Part shown: in pieces, positions 34,841-49,207 of the stretch
How the letters are laid out: the number at the start of each line of letters is the position of its first letter
Numbering within the stretch: the first letter of the stretch is position 1
Assembly (NCBI GenBank): GCA_965113315.1
Contig: OZ220368.1
Origin: Podarcis vaucheri
Lineage: Eukaryota
Direction: 5' to 3' (one strand)
DNA length: 64,000 nucleotides
Position numbers and translations under genes: made by a program
Notes under the pieces: model-generated
Seen by the model: only the letters and a program-made list of their open reading frames with translations
Database searches by the model: none
What the model was told of the DNA's origin: nothing

Positions 34841-37484
34841 TATTTCTCACCACCCCCTGTACAGTATAGCAGTCTCATGTCTAAAGCAGACATCTTTAAC
34901 TGACCTCTGGATTCTACTACTGTTGGCATTCTGGTCTAGAAAGCATATTCCAATAGACCACTCACATTTTTTTTTTAATCTCGCTTATTCTTAAACCAGG
35001 ACTCTGAGATAGTTCAGGTTTGTCCAAAGCAGCTTGTCCAAATGACTTGTTGCGGTAGGGATTTAGGTCTCACATAGTGAATGCCCACACTGCATTTACT
35101 GCCTCACACCTGTCTTCTTGATGCAATCAAGACAGCCTCTGTAGTTCCTTTTCCCAACTTATCAAATGCATGCGGTAGTGATACATTCCTTGATCTGTTC
35201 TGGGGGGGAGGGGGAGGTTATGTGCCAGAAGTCAATCCAAGTATCTGAAGATAGGGTCACATGTGTGCATGCATACACCTGGGAAGGCAGAACTATACAA
35301 GTGCTGTCATGTTTAGAGAAGAATGGGGGTGGAACAGTGAACTGCAGCTGCTCTTATTTCAAAACCTATCAGTTAATTGGCTCAGAATCACCCCAACTGT
35401 ATGCTGATACATGCGAAGTTTTCACAAATCTCTCCCACTGTGGACCAACTGCAGATGGGGGCAAGTTCACCTTTAGCACAGCCATTGGGAGTAATCTCCC
35501 AAGTCAGATCAAAATTATGACTTGTTGCATCAATCCTTCAAACACGACATTTTTGATCACGGGGTTTGCTGCCATTGATAGGGCCGCAAGTCACGGAACC
35601 AACAAAAGGCAAGCCAAGATCTGATGGGTATACGATGGCCAGGCGGTGAGAGCAATAGTTTGAAACCATGGTTCTGTCCCTTCTCCTTTCTCAGTCCAAC
35701 CTTAGGCTTTACATGCATCTTCATGACATTTGGATGAGAACTCTGAAGCTGTCAGCAGGGTTGCTCTATTCATAGTGGGAGAAAAGGAACCTCTGGGCTG
35801 CCTGCCTCTGTGCCTTGCAACTCACCCAGCACTGAACAAACGCTATGCAAGAAACACATGCTTGGTTATCTTAGCACACTCAGCTCTATTTTTTCTCACT
35901 CCTTTCGGGGGGTATGTTATTTGCAAACTGCTGTTAACTCTGGTACATTTACCAAGTTTGGATTAACTGGGACCCCACTGCGGAGTGTGTTGGATTAACC
36001 CACCTAAGCTGTCTGATTTTCATTCTTGGTTTTGCTGGGCTGGGCCAGTTTAAAAGACCACCACCCACCTTCCAGAATTAAATAGAAGGAATTTGTCTAC
36101 CATGATTGGGTAGATTTTGTCTGAGTCTCTCTCCTCTAAACCCCCATCTTATTGCACTAGGACTGTGGCAGCAGCCAGAAAACAACACGCAATCATCAGG
36201 GGTGATGAAATCACGTCCCCCACCCCTCCTACCCTCCCCTCCCCTCCTACCCTACCCTCCCCCTCAGGGCTGCAGCAAGCAGGAATGTGAATTTCCAACC
36301 CCCTTTTTTGAATTACAAATTGGAGCCTCTCCAAGCTGCTCCTTTTGTTCCTCTTTCTATTTAGTATTATTCTCCAGTGTGGCTGATCAAAGGAAGCCAG
36401 GGAGCAAGTGCTCCCAGTCAGATGGATGGAAGGCCCATGGCCATTGAAAGACTGCTCCTTCCTCTCTGGGTACCAGCTGCTCTTTCATGTGCAAAAAAAA
36501 GTCCATTGGGGGGGGGGGAGAGAGGGAGAGGTTCAAAACCAGCTATAGATTTAATAAGATCAATACTTTGAGGAACATGAGCATTTAAGAAACTTTGTAA
36601 GAAATCCTCTACGGGCTTCTCCTCCTTGTAGGCCAGGCTGAATCTTTCTTTTAATTAAATGTAATACTTTGCAGATTTGTTTAGGAGGCTTTCCCAGGTA
36701 AATACTAACCAGGTAGAGGAGCCAGAAATATTTACATAATGAGAAAATGACACACCATTGTAACCCGTAATCCAAATTCACTTCAGCTTTCTTGCTTGTG
36801 GTGTAAGGCAACAAATGCAGAGTTATAAGTACCCAGAGGGTAGGAGCTATGGCAGAAGGGGACAGTCAGTTCTAGAGTAATGCTCTAACAGGTATCTTTT
36901 TTAAAAAAAAGAAAAATTCATCCAGCTGAAAAGGCTTCTCAAAACAAAAAAAAATATTTGTTTCCAGAAAGTAGAAATAGTGAGTGCTATTCAAAATATT
37001 CACCCCCACCTTTCCTTATATAGTTCATGACAGCTTATGCATGTAGTGAAACAGCAGTATATAAAAAAATAAAAGCCAACAATAAAACAGTATGAAGCAA
37101 CTACAGTAAGAAATGCGATAAAACATCATAATAAGCCAGGGTGAAAAACCAGAAAGACTGGGTATAAATATAGGCACAATGAGGCACTATAATCACTCTC
37201 ATATATGCATATAACAATCTCTGCTATAGAGTTCTTTGCAAATTCACAAACTATTTCATATTGCTGTTAAGCAACACTCCAGCACTCCATTCACTAACTG
37301 CAGTCAAATATACTATCCATTCTTTCATATAAACCCACGCAAGAGAGGCTCCACTCTACCTCTCACTTACGTTAGAGACGTTATTATACAAACATACGGT
37401 ATATACCTGCATGCTACTGTGCTTGGAAAACTGCTGCACTTCTCCAGCTAAATTTCTTTGCTGAAATGGGATATTTCGCTATTA

Positions 37485-37673
37485 TTGTTGTTGTTTAGTC
37501 ATTTAGTCGTGTCCGACTCTTCGTGACCCCATGGACCAGAGCATGCCAGGCACTCGTGTCTTCTACTGCCTCCCAGTTTGGTCAAACTCATGTTAGTAGC
37601 CTCAAGAACACTGTCCAACCACCTCGTCCTCCATCATCCCCTTCTCCTTGTGCCCTCAATCTTTCCCAACATC
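37485..37673 (-). mobile_element. Bov-B (RTE) LINE 3' fragment
   Basis: (ttg)n tail, then tttagtcgtgtccgactcttcgtgaccccatggac...ctcaatctttcccaacatc. Confidence 0.85.
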
Positions 37674-37986
37674 TTGAGGGCTGTCATATGGAAGAGAGAA
37701 CAAGTTTGTTTTCTCCTGCTTTGGAGGACAGGACTCAAACCAATGGATTCAAGTTACAAGAGAGGAGATTCCAACTAAACATCAGAAAAAACTTTCTGAC
37801 AGTTAAGAGCTGTTTGACAGTGGAACAGTCTCCCTCAAGAGGTTGTGAACTCTCCTTCCTTGGAGATTTTGAAGCAAAGGCTGGATGGCCATTTGTCATG
37901 GATGCTTTAGTTGAGGTTCCTGCATAGCAGGGAGTTGGACTAGATGACTCTTGGGACACCTTCCAACTCTAAAATTCTATGATTCC
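37674..37986 (+). mobile_element. CR1 LINE 3' fragment (RT C-terminus and tail)
   Basis: Encodes RTQTNGFKLQERRFQLNIRKNFLTV, followed by the CR1 tail ending attctatgatt. Confidence 0.88.
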
Positions 37987-38542
37987 ACTATTTCTGTTCT
38001 GTTTTTTCAATCTAGGAAACTATTTAAGAAACTGTATTTTTTCTGCTCATCAGCAGCATGACTAGGCACGAACAAGCTGCATCCTACACTGATTTAGATG
38101 GGAGGAAATCCTACTGAATTAAGTTGGACTTAGCAAGTAAACTGCAACTTTGGTATTTCCTCTTACCTTAATCTTAAGACCATGACTAAATGCAGACTTT
38201 GTGGGTACAACATCAATCAGGGGTATCCTTTCCCCTCCCACTGCACGAATTTAACAGCTCGTCTATTAGAGAGTTATTGGAGCGCTAGCTATATTGACAT
38301 ACTGGTTGGTCCTGATAAACATAATTGTCTGACTCTAGGTTTCCCCTCCTTATCAACCAACAGGGATTTCTTTGCCTTTTGTATGAAAGGGAAAGCACCA
38401 ATGATGGAGAAATGGTGTCTCTATTGCCACCAGCTGGTAAGACGAAAGCATGCCTCTCAAACTTACTTATAGGGGAAAATTCTGGCCCTTTTGCAGCCTC
38501 TTCCTTAAAAAGACATGGGTTGTCTCCAACGATGTTCTGCTT

Positions 38543-38661
38543 AGGTAGGTAGCCGTGTTGGTCTGATGCAGTCGAAAAAAATTGTCCAGTAGCACCTTAC
38601 GAGATCAACTAAGTTTGTTCTGGGTTTAAGCTTTTGTGTCCATGCACACTTCTTCAGATAC
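38543..38661 (-). mobile_element. Penelope-like element terminal fragment with a degenerate minimal hammerhead ribozyme (38624-38661)
   Basis: gtagccgtgttggtctga...agcaccttacgagatcaactaagtttgtt...cacacttcttcagatac resembles recalled squamate Penelope ends; the minus strand carries CTGAAGA-stem-(G>A)AAA. Confidence 0.65.
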
Positions 38662-39645
38662 TCAAGAGTAGATATAATTGGATTAAGGGACCAAATTTCC
38701 CCTGGGTAGCTCAAAAAGGTCCCTCCTACTGTTGATCTGATAACTTCTTTCAGGTTATTGAAAAGGCTACATTAAAGGAAAGAAAATCCTTGATGATTTT
38801 TTTAAGTGCACTGGAGTGGAAGGAGTGTTTTGTTGGTCACCAGTGATGTCAGATATGGATAGGTCAACACAACCCAAAGATACATAAAAAAGGAATGGAA
38901 GTTTAGCGATGGTAAGAAATTTTCCCAGCAAGGAAATTGCTGTTTGAAACTTGTAAAATGCTGTTTCTTCACCTCTGTTTTGAATGGAAGATGCCTGGAC
39001 ATTCCACCTTCTCCAGACAACTGCTTAGTGTTTGAGCTAATTGCTCAACTCCTATTTACCTTTGTGTCTTCTCTCCAAAGAGGAACCCTGTGCAATCTCA
39101 TATAGGTAACCTGAACAGTTAAGAGGGTAGGACTGAAATTCCAGATTGATAAGGAGCTGGCCAGGAAATACTCATCTATGTTAGATGAGTTCAAGTCTTT
39201 AGGACCAGATTAATTGCATCCTAGGGTGCTAAAAGCTTGGTGACATGCACTCTCAATTTCTATCTTTCATCTGATATGGGATTCCTTTTTGCTATGCAAA
39301 TTCCACAGATATTATTAAATATTACAATTTGAATGAATTAAATATCCAGAAAATTACAGATAACTGAGGTAAATGGAAGATACAGGCCAAGTTATGATGC
39401 TGACATGGAAGTATTGCAGAAATGTATTTGAAGGCATACATCTAATAGGCCAGTACTAACACAAAACAAAAAGTTGGGTTCTATTAACCTGCATTTCATA
39501 TCTGCAAACTATGGCCGCTTACACATCAGTGTAAAACAGTCCGCTTCATATGCGAGCAGATACAAGTAATGTTGTTAAAGGAATCCAAGAAATACAGAAG
39601 TCATAAAATACAACTGAGAAAAGCATCATTTTTTTCAATGCTTGC

Positions 39646-39651
39646 TTTATT
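39646..39651 (-). terminator. SARS1: Probable SARS1 polyadenylation signal AATAAA (3' UTR about 520 nt)
   Basis: TTTATT on the plus strand; the first canonical hexamer I found downstream of the stop codon. Confidence 0.6.
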
Positions 39652-40153
39652 CACTGTGTGCCACCATATCAGGTAAAATCCTATGACTATGCAAAGACTG
39701 TCTTTACAGTAAAACGCCACATGCCTATACTTATTTTCCCTTTTGATCTTTGCTTTATCCCAGTGTTGCTTCTGCTCAGCAGAGATTTTCAGCAAATAAA
39801 CATGATATAGCAGTTTGTTCCTTCTGCTTGGATTTGCAACTAGGGGTTTGAATAGAAACTGTTTCCGTAGATAATTAACATAATGTAAGACATACAGACT
39901 TCTGGGGAACTGGTCAGCACCTCTAGTGCTTTCCACATTCAATGTGAAAACAAACACCAGTGGATCCTCAGAGCCAGCATGGGAAGGAGCATCTTCCCAG
40001 GCTACAGAGGGTGGAAGCCGAGATGGAAAAAAGTAACTTGCCCATGGTGACAGGAGGGATGAGACAAAGCAGGAATTCATATCCAGGACCCCCTGCAGCT
40101 TTATGCACTAAACTGTGCAATCTCAGAAAAAGTAACACATACGTAGATCCCTT

Positions 40154-40311
40154 TTAGGGACTGTTCACATCCATGTTCTGCATCTTTCCTTCCAGTGCAC
40201 AGTCCCCACCAGCCGATTTCTTTTTGCTTCCCTCATGCTGTTTCTTCTGCTTCTTGGAAAGTTCCTGATCAATAGGAGCAGGTTTTACAAATTTTATCAT
40301 TTCTTTCAGGC
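40154..40311 (-). CDS. SARS1: SARS1 exon 11, coding part (158 nt), including the vertebrate UNE-S domain and stop
   Basis: ttttag|[31 protein letters not shown]...NSP then TAA. The 11 exons sum to 1545 nt (514 aa plus stop) in one frame. Confidence 0.95.
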
Positions 40312-40784
40312 CTAAAAGGAGGAAGAAGGCAGAGCAAGATAACAGAGTGAACACACCAGGGCCAAACTTCTACAAAGGAAGTATCAACAAGAATCCCCCT
40401 TCTGTTCTCACACATCACACCAATCTTACACACCAAGTCACCTTGATTAATTTACCCCATGTCCTTGAACAAAGTAAAGTAGACAGTGTTAGGGACAGCA
40501 CATCTGAGCTTGCCCACCCTTTTCCAGCCAAGGACCAGAGAGACCCACCTGCATCCTCTTACATACTGCTCCTTTTGAAATGTTATGGGTCAGTAAAAAT
40601 AGCAACTGTAATGAATTCTCTTTGTTTAGATATAACCCTTTACTCTAGACAGGAGGAAATTGTCACAATTGTTTTATGAGTTGAGAAGAGTTATTAGGCT
40701 CAGACAACAAGGACGATTAGACGGTATAAAATACATAATTATGGATGGCTATGGGGAGGGCAACAAGCATTTTCTTTTTATTAC

Positions 40785-40914
40785 CTGGTGGCATGAAGTC
40801 CCTTAATTTCTCTGGTACAATGATTCCTTCCTCTGTCTGGTAATTCTCAAGGATGGCACATATAGCACGTGTTGTAGCACACATCGTGGCATTGAGCATA
40901 TGCACAAACTCCAC
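40785..40914 (-). CDS. SARS1: SARS1 exon 10 (130 nt)
   Basis: tcaaag|[44 protein letters not shown]|gtaata; class II motif 3. Confidence 0.95.
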
Positions 40915-41860
40915 CTTTGAGGGCAGAACATTTCATGTTCTCAGTAAGTAAAAACAAGTAAAAGCAGCAGCAAGAAAACACATTTTTGAAGAGGATAAAT
41001 ACCATCTCCAAAATAACCATTCCAATAAACCTAATCTGTCATTCTGTTACTCAGTCATCTGAAAAGGCAGAGCCTTCAATCTAATAAATAGTTGTTCCAA
41101 TTTAGGAACACTACAACTAACATTTTCTAGCTTAGCTTAACCAATCACTTTGCAACAGACTTCCTTATCTAAACATTTTAGAAGCAGCAAGGTAGATTGC
41201 ACTGTTAGTTGAACTAGATAACATCCTCCTTTTCTGTGATAATTGTGAGAATGAAAATAACTGAGCTTTGCCTTTAAATGTGTTTGTATGAATATTGGTT
41301 TGTTTACTAATGTCCAATATCTGAACACCAAGTAACTATTAGGGGTTGTTTGACTTCACTGGATACAACCTCTGTCTTTCAAATTAAAAAAAAATCTAAA
41401 AAAGAAAAGGAAAGCCCAATGATTATTCATTCTTCAGGTTTCCATTTCTACACTCTTCATAATTTTAAGGGATTAAGTTTTTACTTTTTTCAAGAAAGCA
41501 ATCCTAGGGCTCCTTGGTAGCAGTCAGTTAATTCTGAACTGGCAAGTGGACCATTCTCAAACTGGTCACTTCCATGGCAGCATCACAGAAGAAGTAGTGA
41601 GACAAAATGACAGGCAGAAAACCTGGATCTTTATGGGAAATTATGGAAATTAACAGGGCCTTTCCAACTTTTGCTAGATCTCCAGAATCAACATTACTGC
41701 CAACTTGTCTCCCTAGCAAGGACTCAAAGTTGCAACCTATTGGGACAATCAACTCAGATGGCGAATAGAAAAAACTTATCAGACTAAAGCAAAAAGGCAG
41801 ATGTTTTCCTGAAGGCTACATGGGTAAACAGCAGCACCTTCTTAAGAACCCAAATAATTA

Positions 41861-42115
<255 letters not shown>

Positions 42116-42456
42116 TTAGGTACTGATTCAGTGTTCTAATAATGGGAATTGAAAGATGTGCCTTTCTCACCCCTCTCATAGTTTTGGAGATACAGAATGA
42201 AACCAAGAGTAACAAGGAGATCTATGGTCATTTCCCTCAATTAGGATGTGTGCTAGTCTGGGCAATAAACATGAGTACATGGCTGCATGCTGAGATACTA
42301 CAGGTCTTACAATTAAAGCAAATAAATCCTGATACAAACCACCAGAGATTACTGCCTGCCAGGTGCAATTGTTTGCACACTTTCTAGGGTGCAGGCCACA
42401 CTGAACACTGAAAGATTTAACTTTGAGAAACCAAACATAGATTAGGCTGCAAATTA

Positions 42457-42738
<282 letters not shown>

Positions 42739-43196
42739 TTAACATCAACCCCTAAAATCAGTTCCTTTGGGAACAATGCTTATATTCCCAAGCTTTTGAC
42801 AGCATGAAAAGTCAGGGGGGGGGACCCTGCAATTTTTACTACAGATATCCTTACCAAGAAAAAACAACGAAATAAAACTTCTGAACACAATCATAAAATG
42901 GAGGTGAATGTAACTCAACAGCCTAATGCAACCAAACACAACATTCAGTTACCAAACAAAAGCCAGCTTCTAAGTACTACTGAGACAGAGAAAAATAGTT
43001 ATCGGTCTCCTACTGAATATAAACAACACTTTCAATTACCATAAACTGTTACAGAGGAACACCACTTTCATTTCAATTGCCCAATACATTTCAACAATGC
43101 AAACTTCTTCAACAGCACATCGCTGAAAAACACACACTATCTGGGGATTGACTCAAGCAAAGTCATTGTGTGAGTGGAACAACTTCTGTTCAGTTA

Positions 43197-43658
<462 letters not shown>

Positions 43659-44189
43659 TCAGTGGACCATTCCAATGAAAGCCCTTGTGAGCTAAATTAC
43701 TGGTTCACTGGATCATATAATTTCTTCTATGATTGCTTTTCTAAGTTGTTGCTTAGCTACAACTTAGCTACATTAGTTACCTTTCATATGAAAACATCAC
43801 TAACCATTCTAACCCCCAATGACAAACAGTTAAGTACTTGTGGATCAGAAAATGGGGAAGACATGGCACAATGCCTGTGATGATTAGAAACAATGTTAAC
43901 AAAACCTTTAACCTATCAACACAACATTCCTTTTCATTATCATAAATTATTAGCACTGACTGTGGCTGATGGTAGAAATGCTTCCTAAAGAAGTGTGCAG
44001 CAATTTGAAATGAAGGACAAATATTGAAATACAGTCAATTATCTGACTGAAAGTTTACCAGCAGTATTTGAAAAATTCCACATGGCTCCAGGGGCAATGT
44101 GATTACACATTAAGGGAAGCAACACAAAACTTTCCTAGAAGCTTATAGAGTTTGCTACTAAAACAGTAATTTTACCCTTCCCACCTTAC

Positions 44190-44345
44190 CTTGTAGAGCT
44201 CTTCATCGAACTGGCTTAGCTGGGCCACTTCCTGCATCACCTCTTTTCTCATGAAGAAAGGGGTATAAACAGGGGTGTAACCTTTGCTAAGCAGCGTCTG
44301 CAGGGCATACTGGATGAGAGCTTGCTCTAGAAAAACCAGGGCACC
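44190..44345 (-). CDS. SARS1: SARS1 exon 6 (156 nt)
   Basis: ctatag|[15 protein letters not shown]...[25 protein letters not shown]|gtaagg; class II motif 1 region. Confidence 0.95.
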
Positions 44346-44588
44346 CTATAGAACAACAAAGAAGAAAGTAGGTAAGTGAATATTCTGCTCCCGAGAACCC
44401 ACATTTTGAAACGGCACTGGCAGGAACGTTGTATTCTGACAGTCTTCTACAGCTTAGATATTAAGCAAACCACTTTGTGAAGGTGGTGTTTTGGCTTTGA
44501 AAAGCAAGGTACAATTTTCAAAATAAATAAGTTTTCTTCTGGGATCCCAATTCTCCCAGTCCTATAAATAGCAATGATTAAGAAGTTA

Positions 44589-44741
<153 letters not shown>

Positions 44742-45781
44742 CTACCCATGTGATAAAAAGGGAGAAAGGCCTTTGAACATCCCAATAGAAACAATATCAA
44801 TCCAATTATCTGATTATCTCATCCATGATTTAATTGTATGTGTTCACATGCACAATCCTGGCTGGTATTTGCTTGCACAGTAGCACTTACAATTGCCAGA
44901 AGCTTCCTGCACTGCATTTGCTCTCTACTTGTGGCATGCTGCCATCTGCATCCTATAGGCTGACTGAAGAGAAGGTGGTGTGTGGGTTTGCTCTGCCCTG
45001 GAGAAGGGGCTGAGATGCAGAGGAAGCAAGGAATAGATCTGATGGTCTTTTAGTCTCCTGCAGAGCTGTCACAGAAGCACCCAGCAACTCTCTTAAGTGC
45101 TTTCAAAATTACTACTTGCCAACAACTGGAATGAGTATGACGTCTCCATGGCAACACTCTTAGGCAATTATTCCAATGCAAAATCCAACCAGCCCAGTAT
45201 TGTATCAGACTCACTAAATAGTATTATTAAACAAAATATTGTATTGTTGGACAAATGGTTGGTTCCAAGCCACACATCATGGGTAGGATTCACCTAAGGG
45301 GCCCTGCCAGTGGAAGCCCAATGCAGGGACTTTCACTTGCACAACGGGCCTTCCTGTTGCATGAGACCTGCACCCCCCGAAATTGTCTCAGGGGGTGGAT
45401 GGGTGTCGGGAGAACCACCAAAATAGCACACGGGGGAGGGGAGACTGTTCCACCTGGCAGGTTGATATGCTTGCACAGATGCGACATTTGTAATACCATG
45501 ATGTTGAATTCCAGCCTAAGTCTGTTTCCCATACATTTCCTAAACAAGATCAGGGTTTTGTGCTTATTTGGGATTTTTTTTCCATTTGTGACTTTCTTTT
45601 CTATGGGGAACACTGTTTTAGAATACAAATTGCATAAACTTCTCAACCTCCTCACCTAGGATGTACTGTCTCACACCCTCAGGACTTTATACCTTCAGCT
45701 TGCTGTCTCCCCACCCTACCAGCAGGACAGTTTAATAGTGATGCACAAGGCTGTAACAGCCAAACCACACACTGTCTTTCA

Positions 45782-46075
<294 letters not shown>

Positions 46076-49000
46076 CTACAGTTTCACATTTCAGCCGGTG
46101 GTCTAGCATCACCAAGAACCAATGTTGGTTCTATGGGACTCAGGGTAAAAGGCAATACCTGGTTTACTACCAGCAGAACCTCAGATAAGATCTTTGGCTC
46201 ACACATAGAAAGCCTCATCAAGGACTAGCTTTGCATTATGCATTACAGACATGTAAGTCTTAGAGTGGCACAAATTAGGGGCCAAAGGACAAGACAATGG
46301 TTGATTGATGAAGTTTCTGATCCAAAACTCATGTCAGCACAGTATCCTGTGCAAGAATGCTTTGTGCTACTGCTCAGTTTTTATTATCATAACAGAAGAT
46401 TGGGCTCCGCAATAAAATACCATACGGTGGAGGGCTTCTGTTCAGGACCACAGCAAGCCAGCCATGCCTTTTTCCAAAATACTCCATTCCACTGCCACCC
46501 TGCTAACTGTCAGCATTTTGTGCCCACCTAACAAGCTTGGTCCTCACTGGGATGCTCTGGGGTTCCTTCCCATACATCCTGTCCTGCCCTGCCCTCACTT
46601 TTTGAGACATCTGGAAACCTTGGTGTTTTCCAAAGCCTGCTGATGCTTCTCTCTTGTGCATGGACAATGCTGTTTTGGCTGTATAAGTACCTACACTCAG
46701 AAAGCATGTTTGCTATTAGTATATACAGGATCTTTCTCACTTCAGAGTGTGCTTGCTAACAAAAGGTGCCAATTGGCATACGAAGCCCTCTACCTATCTT
46801 CTTCACAATTTTTCTGCTTTTATGGCAAAATGAGTAATGCAACAAGAAGCATGGCAAATAGTTTACTTATTAAATTCCTCTACCAACACATTTTATTCCT
46901 ATTGTCAGGGTGGCTTACTAGTCAAACACAAAATAAAGCAATAATTAAAATAACGTAACCAACGAATATCAGCAGAAAAACAACAATCCAAAACAACAAC
47001 CCTATAAAAAAAACCCAGAGGTATAAAATACTTTGGCTTGTTGCTGAAAGGAATAAAATGAGGAAGCAAGTTCTAGGGCAGAGATCCACTATCACAGTAT
47101 AGTAGAGCGGAACATACAATAGATGGTAAATTAACTGCTCTCGGATATACAGCTTTTATAGTATCTGTAGTAGCAGCTGCAAGGCTGCAGTGTGAGGGAG
47201 AAATTCTGTGACTTGTGGAGTTATCAAAATGGCAGAAGATGTATGCCCAGCAGCTGGTGCCTGGACAAACGATTGTGCAAGGCAGGAGGCTTAGCTTCTT
47301 ATTCTTTTTTTTACTACAGCTGCACAGACAGTGCAAGCTGTGCTTCCTACTGAATCTCTGCATTGGCTTATTCTATATCCAGAGAAGCAGCTGCTTCTGG
47401 GACAATAGCAAGTATGAAATCTCTGTGATGATCTATTGCTCGATAGTAAACACACATCCTTTTAAAAAAATATTGTTACACTTATATCCAGCTTTTCTCT
47501 AAGGACCACCAGGTGGTGTACATGTTTCTCCTTCACCATTTTATACTCAAAACAACCCTATGAAATAGGTTATACTGTGAGATAGTGGTGGCCCAAAGTC
47601 ACCCCACTATAAATTCTTTCAGTAGCATAAGAGGACTTATTGTTTTTAGCTCAGTGCTCACACTTTAAGTGCTTTTCACATGACAGTCGAATATAATCCA
47701 AAATCTTCCCAATGTAATTTTAGAATAAATTTGAGGCACCCAGAAAAACATTTTTAGGTTTCTCTGGACCACCAGCATAACAACTGTACTGAAAGCAGGT
47801 TAACAGTTCAACAAAATGTGTCTGGCTATATATGGAAGCAGAAGTATAGTATACACAACAGATTCAGTCCTCAATTAGTCAGAAACAAAGTTAAGGAATA
47901 AATATGTTCCAAAAATCCTCAATTTTTTTATTGTAAACTTCTTTACTACAACGTAATTATCGTCTATACAAACATTCTGAAACATAATAAAACCTTAATG
48001 GGCCAAATCCTAGACAAATAAGGAAGACACAATACTTCTCTTTAAACTACAATTGCAAACAACTGTCCTGAATAAACAATTTGTTATTCATCAATATAGC
48101 TATTAATACAAACTTTTCTAGGCCAATTAATAAAACCAAAATTCTTTATGTTTTTTCCTACAGATTCAAAGCTCCTGGCTGTACGTGCATATACTCATAC
48201 AGGGAACCTATATACTTTCCATCTTGGGGCAAATAGGAGCTTTGGGGAGGAGAGCGAGAATTTAGTTAGGAAAGGGTGCAGAGGGAAATGGTTAAACAAT
48301 TTCCTTTAGCATTGTTTCCACAATCAAATTCCTTCCACAGACTCCTTTGAGAAAAAAAATGCATCAGGAGACCTGACTGCAGATCTCCTGACATCTTATT
48401 TAGCTTGGTCCTTACTCTAACATAGGCTCCTACATTTTCACTCACTATACTAGGGTAAATTAGCCATCACTGTTGGCAAGTATAGTGACCCGAGTTTTAT
48501 TCACAGGTTGACATGTGGGGGTCATCCCAGCAGTTATGCAGCAAATCCATCCCTTCCTTAGTTCCAAGACTTGGAGAAATGCTGGGAATAGTTTGGCTCC
48601 AATGCTGCCAAGCCAAATGGTCCACACAGAGCTGAACCGGCCATGCCACTCCCTCTGTTCTACAGCAGGAAGGGGAGATGAGGAGCTTCCTAAACCTCAG
48701 CATCCATAGCCGCTTGACTGAGCGGTGGACAACAGGCAAGCCTCACAGTTCTCTTGCCCTTGAGAAAAGGATGAACTAGCAGAGTGAGGGGCAAATTATA
48801 GATCCACCTCTCCTCACAAAATTGTATTTCAGCTCAAGTGAAAAAACACACTTTAAAAACCACTAGCTAACCTGCACAGGGAGAGAATTACCACAGCTCC
48901 AACATTAGAGACCAGTGGGTAACTGAACAATTAATATAGCGCAAGGGAACAAAAGAATCAGAATGCAATTAACATATTTTCTTGTTCACACACGCTCCTC

Positions 49001-49126
49001 ACCCAATCTGAAGCTGCACAAGTGACATGGGTGAGGCGAAAAGCAAACACCAGAGTATATTTCACAGATACAATACACTGTAAACCAGTGAATGGTCAAG
49101 TAAGAAACTAGTTGAAAATAACTTAC

Positions 49127-49207
49127 TGCTAAGATGTCTGCTGTAAGTTCATCGAGATTTTGTGCATTTTCTGGTATGTGGTCATCATTTCCTACTGGCT
49201 CTTTTTT
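49127..49207 (-). CDS. SARS1: SARS1 exon 3 (81 nt)
   Basis: atatag|KKEPVGNDDHIPENAQNLDELTADILA|gtaagt. Confidence 0.94.
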
